From contig JBBCGY010000001.1 of NCBI GenBank assembly GCA_037200005.1, forward strand, positions 42,416 through 106,415: 64,000 bases of DNA, read 5' to 3'. Every line of letters begins with the position of its first letter. Positions within the stretch are counted from its first letter, which is position 1. The stretch comes from Alphaproteobacteria bacterium. GTDB lineage: Bacteria > Pseudomonadota > Alphaproteobacteria > UBA9219 > RFNS01. Shown here in pieces: positions 8,504-17,800 of the stretch. A program made the translations under genes and the position numbers. The notes beneath the pieces are model-generated. The model ran no database searches and was not told the origin of the DNA. It saw only the letters and a list, made by a program, of their open reading frames with translations.

Positions 8504-11500
8504 ATGGTCGCTGACATTCAATACACCCAGCCGGAACCGAATTATGACGGATTCCGCGAAGCGCATGTTGAAGAAGCAACTTTCGATTGGCTCTCTGGGC
8601 TTGGCTGGACACTCGCGCATGGGCCGGATTTGGCACCGGAAGGCAAAGCCCCGGAGCGGGCCAGTTATGGCGACGTGCTGTTGTTGGGGCGGTTGAGGAC
8701 AGCCTTGGCCGCGATCAACCCGCAACTCCCCGCCGATGCGATTGACGACGTGGTGCGTAAGATTATCGCAGTCGAAATGCCGTCTTTGGTCGAAGAAAAC
8801 CGGCGCTTGCATAAACTGATGGTCGATGGCGTGGCTGTGCAATACATGCAGGCCGACGGCACGATCAAAAACGACATCGCGTGGCTGATCGACTGGGAAA
8901 ACAAAAAGAACGATTGGCTGGCCGTCAATCAATTCACGGTCATCGAAGAACGCAACAATCGCCGCCCCGACGTGGTGATGTTTATCAACGGTTTGCCCCT
9001 TGCCGTTATTGAATTGAAGAACGCGGGAGACGAAAACGCGACAATCGAAGGCGCGTTCCGCCAGACGCAAGCTTACAAGCAATTGATCCCTTCTCTGTTT
9101 CGCACGAACGGCATACTGATTATTTCCGACGGACTGAAAGCCCGCATCGGCAGCCTGACCGCAGATTATGAGCGTTTCATGCCATGGCGCACGGTGGATG
9201 GGGCCGGTGTCGCGGCCAAAGGAACGCCCGAATTACACACAATGATTCACGGCGTTTTTGAGCAAGGGCGTTTTCTGGAGTTATTGCGCCGGTTCACCGT
9301 GTTTCAAAGCAACGGCAAAGATATTTTCAAAATCGTAGCAGGATATCACCAGTTCCACGCCGTAAAGCTCGCCGTTGCCAGCACCATCGACGCAACGGCC
9401 AGTGAAGGAAATCGCAAAGTCGGCGTCATCTGGCATACGCAAGGATCGGGCAAAAGCCTGTTGATGGCATTTTATGCGGGCAGCGTGATTGCCAATCCTG
9501 CGATGGCCAATCCGACTCTGGTTGTGCTGACCGACCGGAATGATCTGGACGACCAGCTTTTTTAACACTTTCAGCCTATCTCGTGATCTTATCCGCCAGA
9601 CGCCCGCGCAAGCGGGAGATCGCGATGAATTGCGGAAGCTTCTGGCGGTATCATCTGGCGGCGTTATCTTTACGACCATTCAAAAATTTCTGCCCGCTGA
9701 TAGTGAAAAAACTTTCCCGCTGTTGACTGACCGCAAGAATGTCATCGTCATCGCCGATGAAGCGCACCGCAGCCAATATGGCTTCAAGGCCAAGTTGGAT
9801 AAAAAGTCGGGCGAATTAGCTTATGGTTTTGCGAAACACCTGCGCGATGCGCTGCCGAATGCGTCCTTCATTGGCTTTACAGGAACGCCTATTGAGAAAG
9901 CAGATGTCAATACGCCCGCCGTATTCGGCGATTATATTGATGTCTATGATATTCAACGCGCGGTCGAAGACGGCGCGACGGTGCCAATCTATTACGAAAG
10001 CCGCCTAGCCAAACTCCAGCTTGACGAAGAGGAAGTCAAAAATCTTGATGCTGAGGTCGAAGAACTGACCGAAGACGAAGAATCCAGCGAGCGCGAGCGT
10101 AAGAAAAGCAAATGGTCGCGCGTTGAAGCCCTGTGGGAGCCGAAACACGCTTGGCTCAAGTAGCCGCCGATATTGTTCAGCATTTTGAGAACCGTATCAG
10201 CGCCTTAGACGGCAAAGGCATGACCGTATGCATGAGTCGCCGTATTTGCGTGGCGCTCTATAACGAGATTATTAAATTACGGCCCGCATGGCATTCAGAC
10301 GATGACGCGCAAGGCGCTATCAAGATTGTGATGACGGGCAATATCGCCAACGATCCGCCTGAATGGTTGAAACATACGGGCAGCAAGGCGCGCCGTGATT
10401 TCCTGGCAAAGCGGGCGCGCGACGCTAAAGACCCGCTAAAACTTGTTATCGTTCGTGATATGTGGCTTACGGGCTTTGATGCGCCCTGCATGCACACGAT
10501 GTATGTCGATAAGCCGATGCATGGTCATGGCTTGATGCAGGCCATTGCCCGTGTAAATCGCGTATTCCGCGACAAGCCAGGCGGCTTGATCGTTGATTAT
10601 ATCGGGATTGCCCATAATCTGAAACAAGCTCTCTCTATTTATTCCCCCGGCGACCGCGAAGAAGTCGGCATTGACGAGCAGCAAGCCGTCGCAGAGATGA
10701 TGCGCCGCTATGAAATCGTCCGGGATATGTTTTATGGATTCGATTATATGCGCGCGCTGCACGGCACACCGGCTGAACGCTTAGTGCTGATGGCCGAGGC
10801 TCTGGAGTGGATTCTCGATTTGCAGCAACGTGAAGCTGCAAAAGAACAGACCGAACAAGCCAGGAAAGAGGTGCGCCGCAAATTCTCAGACGCCGTTGTT
10901 GGCTTATCGCGCGCCTATGCGCTGGCCGCAACCTCGCCAGAAGCGGGGAAAATTCGTGATGAAGTCGGTTTCTTCCAGGCTATTCGTGCAGCCCTGGCAA
11001 AAAATGAGCCGGGCAAAGGTAGCACACAGGCGGAAATCGATGTGGCCGTCCAACAAATGGTCAGTCGTGCCGTGGTGTCAACGGAGATTGTCGATATTCT
11101 GGCGGCGGCAGGCATTAGAACCCCGGATATATCCATCCTCTCAGATGAATTTCTGGCAGAAATTCAAGGCATGAAGAAGCGTAACCTTGCATTGGAAGCC
11201 TTACAGAAACTCATCAATGGAGAAATAAAATCCCGCATCAAATCGAACGTGGTGCAATCTAAGAAATTCAGCGAACGACTGGAAGCCGCCGTCCGGCGCT
11301 ATCATAACAACGCTATAACTGCCGCGCAGCTTTTGGAGGAGCTGATTGCCATCGCAAAGGATATTAAAGCTGACCGCGAACGAGGAGAAGAACAAGGACT
11401 TAGCGAAGAGGAAATCGCTTTTTATGATGCTCTGGCTGAAAATGAAAGCGCATTGCAGTTGTTGGGCGATGAGAAATTACGAGTGATTGCTACTGAACTG

Positions 11501-11680
11501 GTTGTCTCCGTTCGCAATAATGTGTCTGTTGACTGGATGCACCGCGATAGCGCCCGCGCCAAGTTGCGCATCGAAGTCAAAAAGATTCTCAAGAAATATG
11601 GCTATCCGCCAGATTTACAGGATGCAGCGGTGCAACTGGTGTTGCAGCAGGCCGAAGTTTTGGCCCCACTCTGGGCATAA
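8504..11680 (+). pseudogene. hsdR: type I restriction endonuclease subunit HsdR, two frameshifts
   Basis: Three consecutive ORFs (8504..9565, 9540..10163, 10133..11680) each carry bona fide HsdR sequence (DEAH box DEAHRSQYG, helicase C, C-terminal domain). An extra T in the T6 run at 9558-9563 gives DQLF*. A missing G near 10131-10136 makes expected ...[13 protein letters not shown] read EALWEPKH. Confidence 0.85.
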
Positions 11681-11772
11681 CAATCGCTGACGGCGATCTT
11701 TGGAATTCTATGTAAGAGGCTGCAACAGGTAAGGCCAGATTATGACCGAGAGGAACGAAGATTCTTAAACAA

Positions 11773-12903
11773 TCAAAGCGCCAGCCGGGGCCGGATTAGC
11801 GACAAAGGCCGGGCAGTGGAAAGCTGGAGGCCAACAGCTTCGTTTGGAACATTGGAAAAATCGGTAATAAGCGGCAGCATGGCGTTAGGGCCAAGGGCGC
11901 GTGGTGAGGCACCTAGTTCTTTAAGAGCGGAAACAATTTCCGGTTCATTTAGCGCATGAATGCGCATAAGGGGTTGCGTAGTGTCAGGAATCCATTTCCT
12001 GCGCGAGACTTCATCGCGGCCCGTCGAGATAAGTGCCGCGACCACGTCCTTGAGTTTGTCGCCTTTCGGCAGATTGCCGTTGCTGGTGATTTGAGCGCGG
12101 ACAATCGGCTCGCCCAGGAAGGTCGAAATGGCTTCCGTAAAACTGGCGGCGATTTTCTGATTGCCGTCCTCACTTTGCCAATTCGCCAGGAACACATTTG
12201 GCAAGCTGGAGTCTTTGCCGGGTTTCGCGGCGAAGTCCGCGAGCTGGATTGCAACTCGTGAGCGGCCCGTTTCAATGGGCGCATCGCCGATAAATTCCAG
12301 AACGGCGCTATCGTCCGGCGCTCCCATCGTCGCACCGAGTTTCTTGAAGATGCCGGTCATGGCCGCATTGCCGCCCGCATATTCGCCGACGCGGCCGCGC
12401 GAGACGAGGCCATAGGGCGAATAGCCTTGTTCGCGGCTGACGGATCGCCGGATTTTCTCGTAGATAAAATGCGAGCCAAGTCCAATGCCATTCGGGTATT
12501 CCGCGCTTTTTGTGCGATTACGGAATTCCTGGGATAGTTCCGGCGACACATAGGTATCTTCGCCATAGATAGCAGGATAATGGCGGAAATCCCGGCCATT
12601 GCGTTCCGTGAGAACGGTCGGAAACTCGATTGAGCCACCGGCGAGTTTGGGGCTGCAATTTTCCCACTCCACGATGGCGAAATAAGCCTGAATTTTATTT
12701 TTCTTGATGGCCTCGATAACTTTGCCGAATTTGGCGTTATCAGCGGACGCTCCATGCGTCACGGCTTCACTTTCGACGATTCTATAAAGAATCTCATCAA
12801 GCGCCATATGATGAACGACGTCCGTACCGTTCATGCGCACGATGCTGGCTTTGGCGTTTCCCGGCAGCAGACCGGGCATATTATCGAGCGCAACGGAAGA
12901 CAT
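11773..12903 (-). CDS. protein of unrecognised family (376 aa), paralog of 24000..25298
   Basis: Intact ORF with SD AAGGGGA. Its start lies 2 nt after the XRE gene stop. Long blocks are shared with the 432-aa paralog (HYPAIYGEDT, YPNG[IL]GLG, IAASFT..IST..G.PIVR.Q.TSNGNLP, MRIHAL..PEIV.ALK.LGA.PR.LGP). Confidence 0.7.
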   Translation of the reverse strand: MSSVALDNMPGLLPGNAKASIVRMNGTDVVHHMALDEILYRIVESEAVTHGASADNAKFGKVIEAIKKNKIQAYFAIVEWENCSPKLAGGSIEFPTVLTERNGRDFRHYPAIYGEDTYVSPELSQEFRNRTKSAEYPNGIGLGSHFIYEKIRRSVSREQGYSPYGLVSRGRVGEYAGGNAAMTGIFKKLGATMGAPDDSAVLEFIGDAPIETGRSRVAIQLADFAAKPGKDSSLPNVFLANWQSEDGNQKIAASFTEAISTFLGEPIVRAQITSNGNLPKGDKLKDVVAALISTGRDEVSRRKWIPDTTQPLMRIHALNEPEIVSALKELGASPRALGPNAMLPLITDFSNVPNEAVGLQLSTARPLSLIRPRLAL

Positions 12904-12905
12904 GA

Positions 12906-13556
12906 TTATATTTTCCCCTTGTCGTCGGGGATCGAAGCATTTTCCCAGAATGATTCAAATTGCTCGACATATCTTTCGGCCAAGGGCTTGGAGTGTATCG
13001 AAACGACTTCGACATTATGATCGCTGCGATGCACCGCCTGGGCGATATAGTCATTATAGACGTAATAGGGAATGAGGATTTTCGTCGTCTTATCCAGCCA
13101 GCGATATTCGCAATAGCTGGCGGAGAAATTATAGTCGCCATCCAGGATAAGAACGCGGGCGTCAAGATTCGGAAGCTTGCTCATTCTTTCCATATGCTCG
13201 GTCGCATAATCTTGCGCATAGGAAAGGGTCTTGCCGTCGCTGGAATTAAACTGGCGAATGCGTCCACCGTCTTTCAGCGTTTCGTATATATGATCGAGGA
13301 ATTGTCGGTATCCGGCTTTGCCCGAAAAAACCCTGACTTGGTTTCTCCGCATCCGAACGCCCTCGTCATCCAGGAATTCGACGCCGTGCCGGTCGAAAGC
13401 ATTGGTTATGCTGGCGATGGTCTTCTCATGCGGTTGTACCGTATCGGCCTCGATTTTGCTCACGGTCACGCGGGTAAGCCCGGCCTCCCTAGCCAAGTCT
13501 TCCGCTTTCCATTCCAGTAAGCTGCGCGCTGCGCGAATTTGACGCCCGGTAATCAT
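12906..13556 (-). CDS. XRE-family HTH regulator with uncharacterised C-terminal domain (216 aa)
   Basis: N-terminal HTH: GRQIRAARSLLEWKAEDLAREAGLTRVTVSKIE. It is the first gene of a two-gene minus-strand unit. Confidence 0.75.
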   Translation of the reverse strand: MITGRQIRAARSLLEWKAEDLAREAGLTRVTVSKIEADTVQPHEKTIASITNAFDRHGVEFLDDEGVRMRRNQVRVFSGKAGYRQFLDHIYETLKDGGRIRQFNSSDGKTLSYAQDYATEHMERMSKLPNLDARVLILDGDYNFSASYCEYRWLDKTTKILIPYYVYNDYIAQAVHRSDHNVEVVSIHSKPLAERYVEQFESFWENASIPDDKGKI

Positions 13557-13817
13557 AAAGTTAGCACTAGCATATGGTTTAGTTAAAAATAGATAACAAT
13601 CGAGATAACTAAAATTGGCAATAACATATTAATATTTGTAAAAACATGCCCTGTCAATTCAGAAACATTAGTTTCATGTAAAATTTACTGATACCATAAG
13701 TATATTCTTCTTGATTCCCAGTCGGCTTTGCATTTATGTTCCCAAATATTGGTAATGCCTAATGGTTGAAATTAGCTCGATTAAGCCATTTAAAGCGATT
13801 TTCAAGGGGAATTTCAG

Positions 13818-13991
13818 ATGACCAATTCATTTAACGCTTATGTCATGCGCCAGGGCGAACCGGCCATTACCGCCATCATCGAAAATTGGGAAAGGCTTGT
13901 CGGCTTGCGGGCCGAGGCCGAAACGCCGCTTGAGCAGCGCTGGGCGGCGATGATGCATGGTTATGAGCCACAGGCAATGGCAGTCGCATGA
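13818..13991 (+). CDS. small hypothetical protein (57 aa), first gene of a coupled four-gene operon
   Basis: ATG at 13818 follows AAGGGGA. Its stop overlaps the next start (ATGA). It falls below the ORF-track length cutoff. Confidence 0.45.
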   Translation: MTNSFNAYVMRQGEPAITAIIENWERLVGLRAEAETPLEQRWAAMMHGYEPQAMAVA

Positions 13992-14278
13992 GCCGGAAAG
14001 CCGAAAAACCTTTCAGCCCGGTTGACGAGATGCAGCTTTCTCAGCCGATGGGCAATCGAACCGCCGAACATTTCCGCGATGCCCTGGATGATTTGGAGCA
14101 TGAGGCGACCGCGCAGGACGCAAAAATAAAGCAATTGCGCCAAGCTATTCTGCAACGCGCACAAGAACTCGACACTACCGTTTGCCAATCCTGGCTGGAT
14201 TCAGAAATCGAAAAAGCGGACCACCTCGCGTTGGAAGCGCGGCTGGAAAAACTCATCAAGTTCCTATCGGAAAAATGA
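13988..14278 (+). CDS. small hypothetical helical protein (96 aa)
   Basis: ATGA overlaps at both ends. The composition looks coiled-coil-like. Confidence 0.55.
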   Translation: MSRKAEKPFSPVDEMQLSQPMGNRTAEHFRDALDDLEHEATAQDAKIKQLRQAILQRAQELDTTVCQSWLDSEIEKADHLALEARLEKLIKFLSEK

Positions 14279-14493
14279 TGATGGCGAATTTTCATGAACG
14301 CCCCATGACATATAAAAAGCTCGTCGCTCGTTACGGCCATGACATGGCTTTCGATTTACTCGTCACTATCGAGAGCCTTGCGAAGATTAAGCACGACATC
14401 ATCGAGATCAACGAAGAAATTCGTCTGCAACGCGCGCTGGAAGTTTTGGACGAGGCGGAATTCGGACAGGCAGATAAAGGCGGGGTCAAATGA
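14275..14493 (+). CDS. small hypothetical protein (72 aa)
   Basis: The start ATG at 14275 overlaps the previous stop, and its stop overlaps the next start (ATGA). Confidence 0.5.
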   Translation: MMMANFHERPMTYKKLVARYGHDMAFDLLVTIESLAKIKHDIIEINEEIRLQRALEVLDEAEFGQADKGGVK

Positions 14494-14738
14494 TTTCCGG
14501 TAATAACATACCCAATAAAAAGCTTGCGCCGCGTGAAATCGAAGTCATGACCTTAACGGCGCGTGGCAAGACGACCACCGAAATTGCAATGCTTCTCTCG
14601 ATTGCCGAGGATACAGTTAAGACTCACATCAAACGATCCTGCCAGAAATTGAACGCGGCCAATAAAACACACGCCGTTGCTCTCGTTATGGCTCGCGGCA
14701 TAATAGAATGTTCCTGTTGTCACCCGAAAGGGGGATAG
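14490..14738 (+). CDS. LuxR/GerE-type HTH protein, DNA-binding domain only (82 aa)
   Basis: REIEVMTLTARGKTTTEIAMLLSIAEDTVKTHIKRSCQKL matches the GerE HTH pattern. Confidence 0.8.
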   Translation: MISGNNIPNKKLAPREIEVMTLTARGKTTTEIAMLLSIAEDTVKTHIKRSCQKLNAANKTHAVALVMARGIIECSCCHPKGG

Positions 14739-14820
14739 AACTGCATTTTTATTTGCGCTACATAGTTGCGGCGCATTGGCGATGAAGTTAGAGTAAATTT
14801 TCGCGAAGGGGAGAACGGCG

Positions 14821-17800
14821 ATGGTGGCACCTGCGAAGAAATTTCACGAAGCGAACGGCGAACTCACCAATGAGGCAGGGGCAACGCGACCGCCGCTCTC
14901 GAGGAACAGCCTCTGGCGGACACTGCGCCCCGGGATCTCGGTGGGAGTAAGCCTCGCGGCAGTCGTCGCTTGCGAAAGCGGCGAACCCAACGCTTCAAAT
15001 GACAACATCGTTTCGATTTCCCAAGCGATAGGCTCTGCGACAATCTATAGCTTGCCTACCAATGTTTTGATGCCCAATGCCATCAATAATCAAAATCTCA
15101 TTGTGGGCCAGGGTCTGCCTTCGATCTATGATGCCAACACGGGAACATTTAGTAGCCTTGAAGTAAACCAGCCTTCGGGGGCGGTCACTTCCTATGCAAT
15201 TAGCAATGCCGGTCACGTTGTCGGCAATTCATTCAATGTTGGGCCGGTTTCCAATTCGGCGTTCATTTCACAGGGCGGACATTTGTCCGATCTATACGCC
15301 GGCAACAACAACGGGGTGACCAGCGTCGCTTACGGCGTCAACAATTATGGCCAAGTCGTCGGCACGATGCCGGTGACGGTCAACGATGCGAACAATAGTC
15401 CACATCCTTTCACGCATGCGTTCTCGTGGCAGGGCAGCGTTACAGACCTTACACCGAACTACTATGGAAATTCAGCCGCCTATGGCATCAACGATGCTGG
15501 GCAGATCGTGGGAACGATAGGAACTGCGGGGGTCAAGTGGCAGGGCGGATCGTCAAGCACGCTGCCGAGCGGCACCAGCACGCCCGCCATGATCAACAAT
15601 GTCGGTCAGATCGTCGGGACATATAGTTCAGGCGGTTCGTCGCACGCTTTCCTTGTGCAGAGCGGCACCCTGACCGATCTCGGAGCCATACAGGGAAGCA
15701 CACCTGTGAGGATCAACAACAAAGGACAAGTTACGGGCGGCTTCTACAACACGGGTGCCGGACAATATTACCCGAGCGTCTGGCAGAATGGCGTCGTGGT
15801 TACGATTCCCACTCTGTCGGGCATTCCCGCAGGCTGGTCTATCACGTCGATAAACGGCATCAATGACAGCGGAACCGTCGTAGGGCAAGGCACGCTTTCG
15901 GGTTCTTCACGGGGTTTTTACCTAACTTCGCCGCAGCTTCTGAACTACGCCATTGCCGGAAAGCCCTACGATCCGAAAGCGAATGGTGGTGAGGATTCGG
16001 CGTCAACCCCGACAGACGATCTATGTGGAACTCATGGCATGTGTGTGCCCAACGCGCAATTGCTGTCGGCCAGCTTGAATTTGAACGATACGCCGATTGG
16101 GTATCAGCCGCCCAAAGGGCCACCAGCCTATATCCGGCTTACATATAATCATCGTGACAGTGTCGCGCCCAGCAGCACTTCCTCGCATGTTGGGCCAAAC
16201 TGGACTCTGAATGTCATTTCTTACATTCAGGATGATCCGGCCAGCCCGGGCCAGAGCGTCACGCGCAACGTGGCGGGCGGCGGTATCGTCGACTACACTT
16301 TTGAGGCAGGGCAGTTCAATACCACCACGGGTGCATTCGGGCCGGAGAAGCAAACCGGGGCGATCTTGAAACGGACTCCCGCGACAGGGTTCAGCGCCAG
16401 TGCTTCCTATGAGCTTTCCTTTCCCGATGGGGCCAAGCAAATATTCTCCTACCCGGATGGAAGCTTCAATTATCCGCGCCGCGCATTCCTGACGGATATC
16501 GTTGATGCCTCAGGCCAGGGCCTGCATTTTGGCTACAATTATCTTCAAGGAACTTTCGGCGCGATCAATTGCACGCCGGGATGTCCGCAACTGCAATCAG
16601 TTTCTGATGCTAATTTCCGTGCAACAAACTTCGTCTACGGTGACGCATCTAATGTCTTGCGCGTGACGCGGATTAATGACCCGTTCGGGCGTCACGCCGA
16701 TTTAGCTTATGATGGCAGCGGACGGCTTTCGTCAATCACGGATGTGATCGGCATTCAATCGTCTTTCACCTATGACACCACCGACCCTACTTTCATCAAA
16801 AAGCTAACGACACCCTATGGCGATAGCAATTTCGTCTTTGGGCAAGATACGGCGACGGATCGTCGTTGGCTCACACTCTCCGATGCCGTGGGCAATACGG
16901 AAAAAGTGGAATACCGGGGCAGCAGCGCCAGCGGCATAGCGGCGTGCGACAAAAACACGAGCGATGCGTCGTGCAGTGTCTCGACCTCCGTGCCGACAGG
17001 CATGCCTAACGGCATCAATAACGCCGATCTCGACAAGCGCAACACCTTTGTCTGGAACAAATGGATGTATGCGAATGGCTATGGCAGCGATTACACGCAG
17101 GCGAATGTTACCCATTGGCTCAAGGACGGTGCGGGCAATCCCGTGGGGATTCCGGAAAGCGTCAAGCCGCTGTACGAATCCCGCATTTGGTATAATTATC
17201 CCGGCCAGAACGATCCTAGCACCCCAGGAACCCTGTCTGTGCCGAGGGCGACGGGCCGCGTGATCACCGATCCGCTTTACGGGCAAGCGCCGCAGAATCA
17301 GGTTTACCAAAGTCAATATAACAGCCTCGGCAAGCCCACCTTGACCGTCGATCCCTACAAGGTTTCAGGCAACAACAATGAAGGCCGAACTACACGCATG
17401 ACCTATGATGCCTCCGGCGTCGATCTTTTGACGGTGGAACAGAAAACCGGCAGCGGAACGCCGGGGACATGGGCGACGATTGCTTCCTACGTCTATACCG
17501 ATCCGACAGAACAGCCCACATCGATCCACAAACCGATCCGCTATACCGACGCGGCGGGGCAAACTTATAAATTCAAATACAATGGCGACGGCCAATTGAT
17601 CTATGCCGCCAATCCCTACAACGATACGACGTATAATGAATATCATCCGTCCGGCAAGCTCCTGCGGACGACCATGCCTGTGCCGAGCGTAAACTGGAAT
17701 ACCATCGATTATGGAACCGATATTAACGGCGCGCCGACGGGGGCGAGCAACAGCAGCGCCCTAAGGGACACCGCCATTACCTACGACTCCGCCGATCGTC

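Noticed and set aside
2726-9563. Phase-variable (slipped-strand) control of hsdM and hsdR through the homopolymers.
   Set aside because: The tracts are only C4 and T6, and the third lesion is not in a homopolymer run. Known phase-variable tracts are much longer. Decay or sequencing error is more parsimonious.
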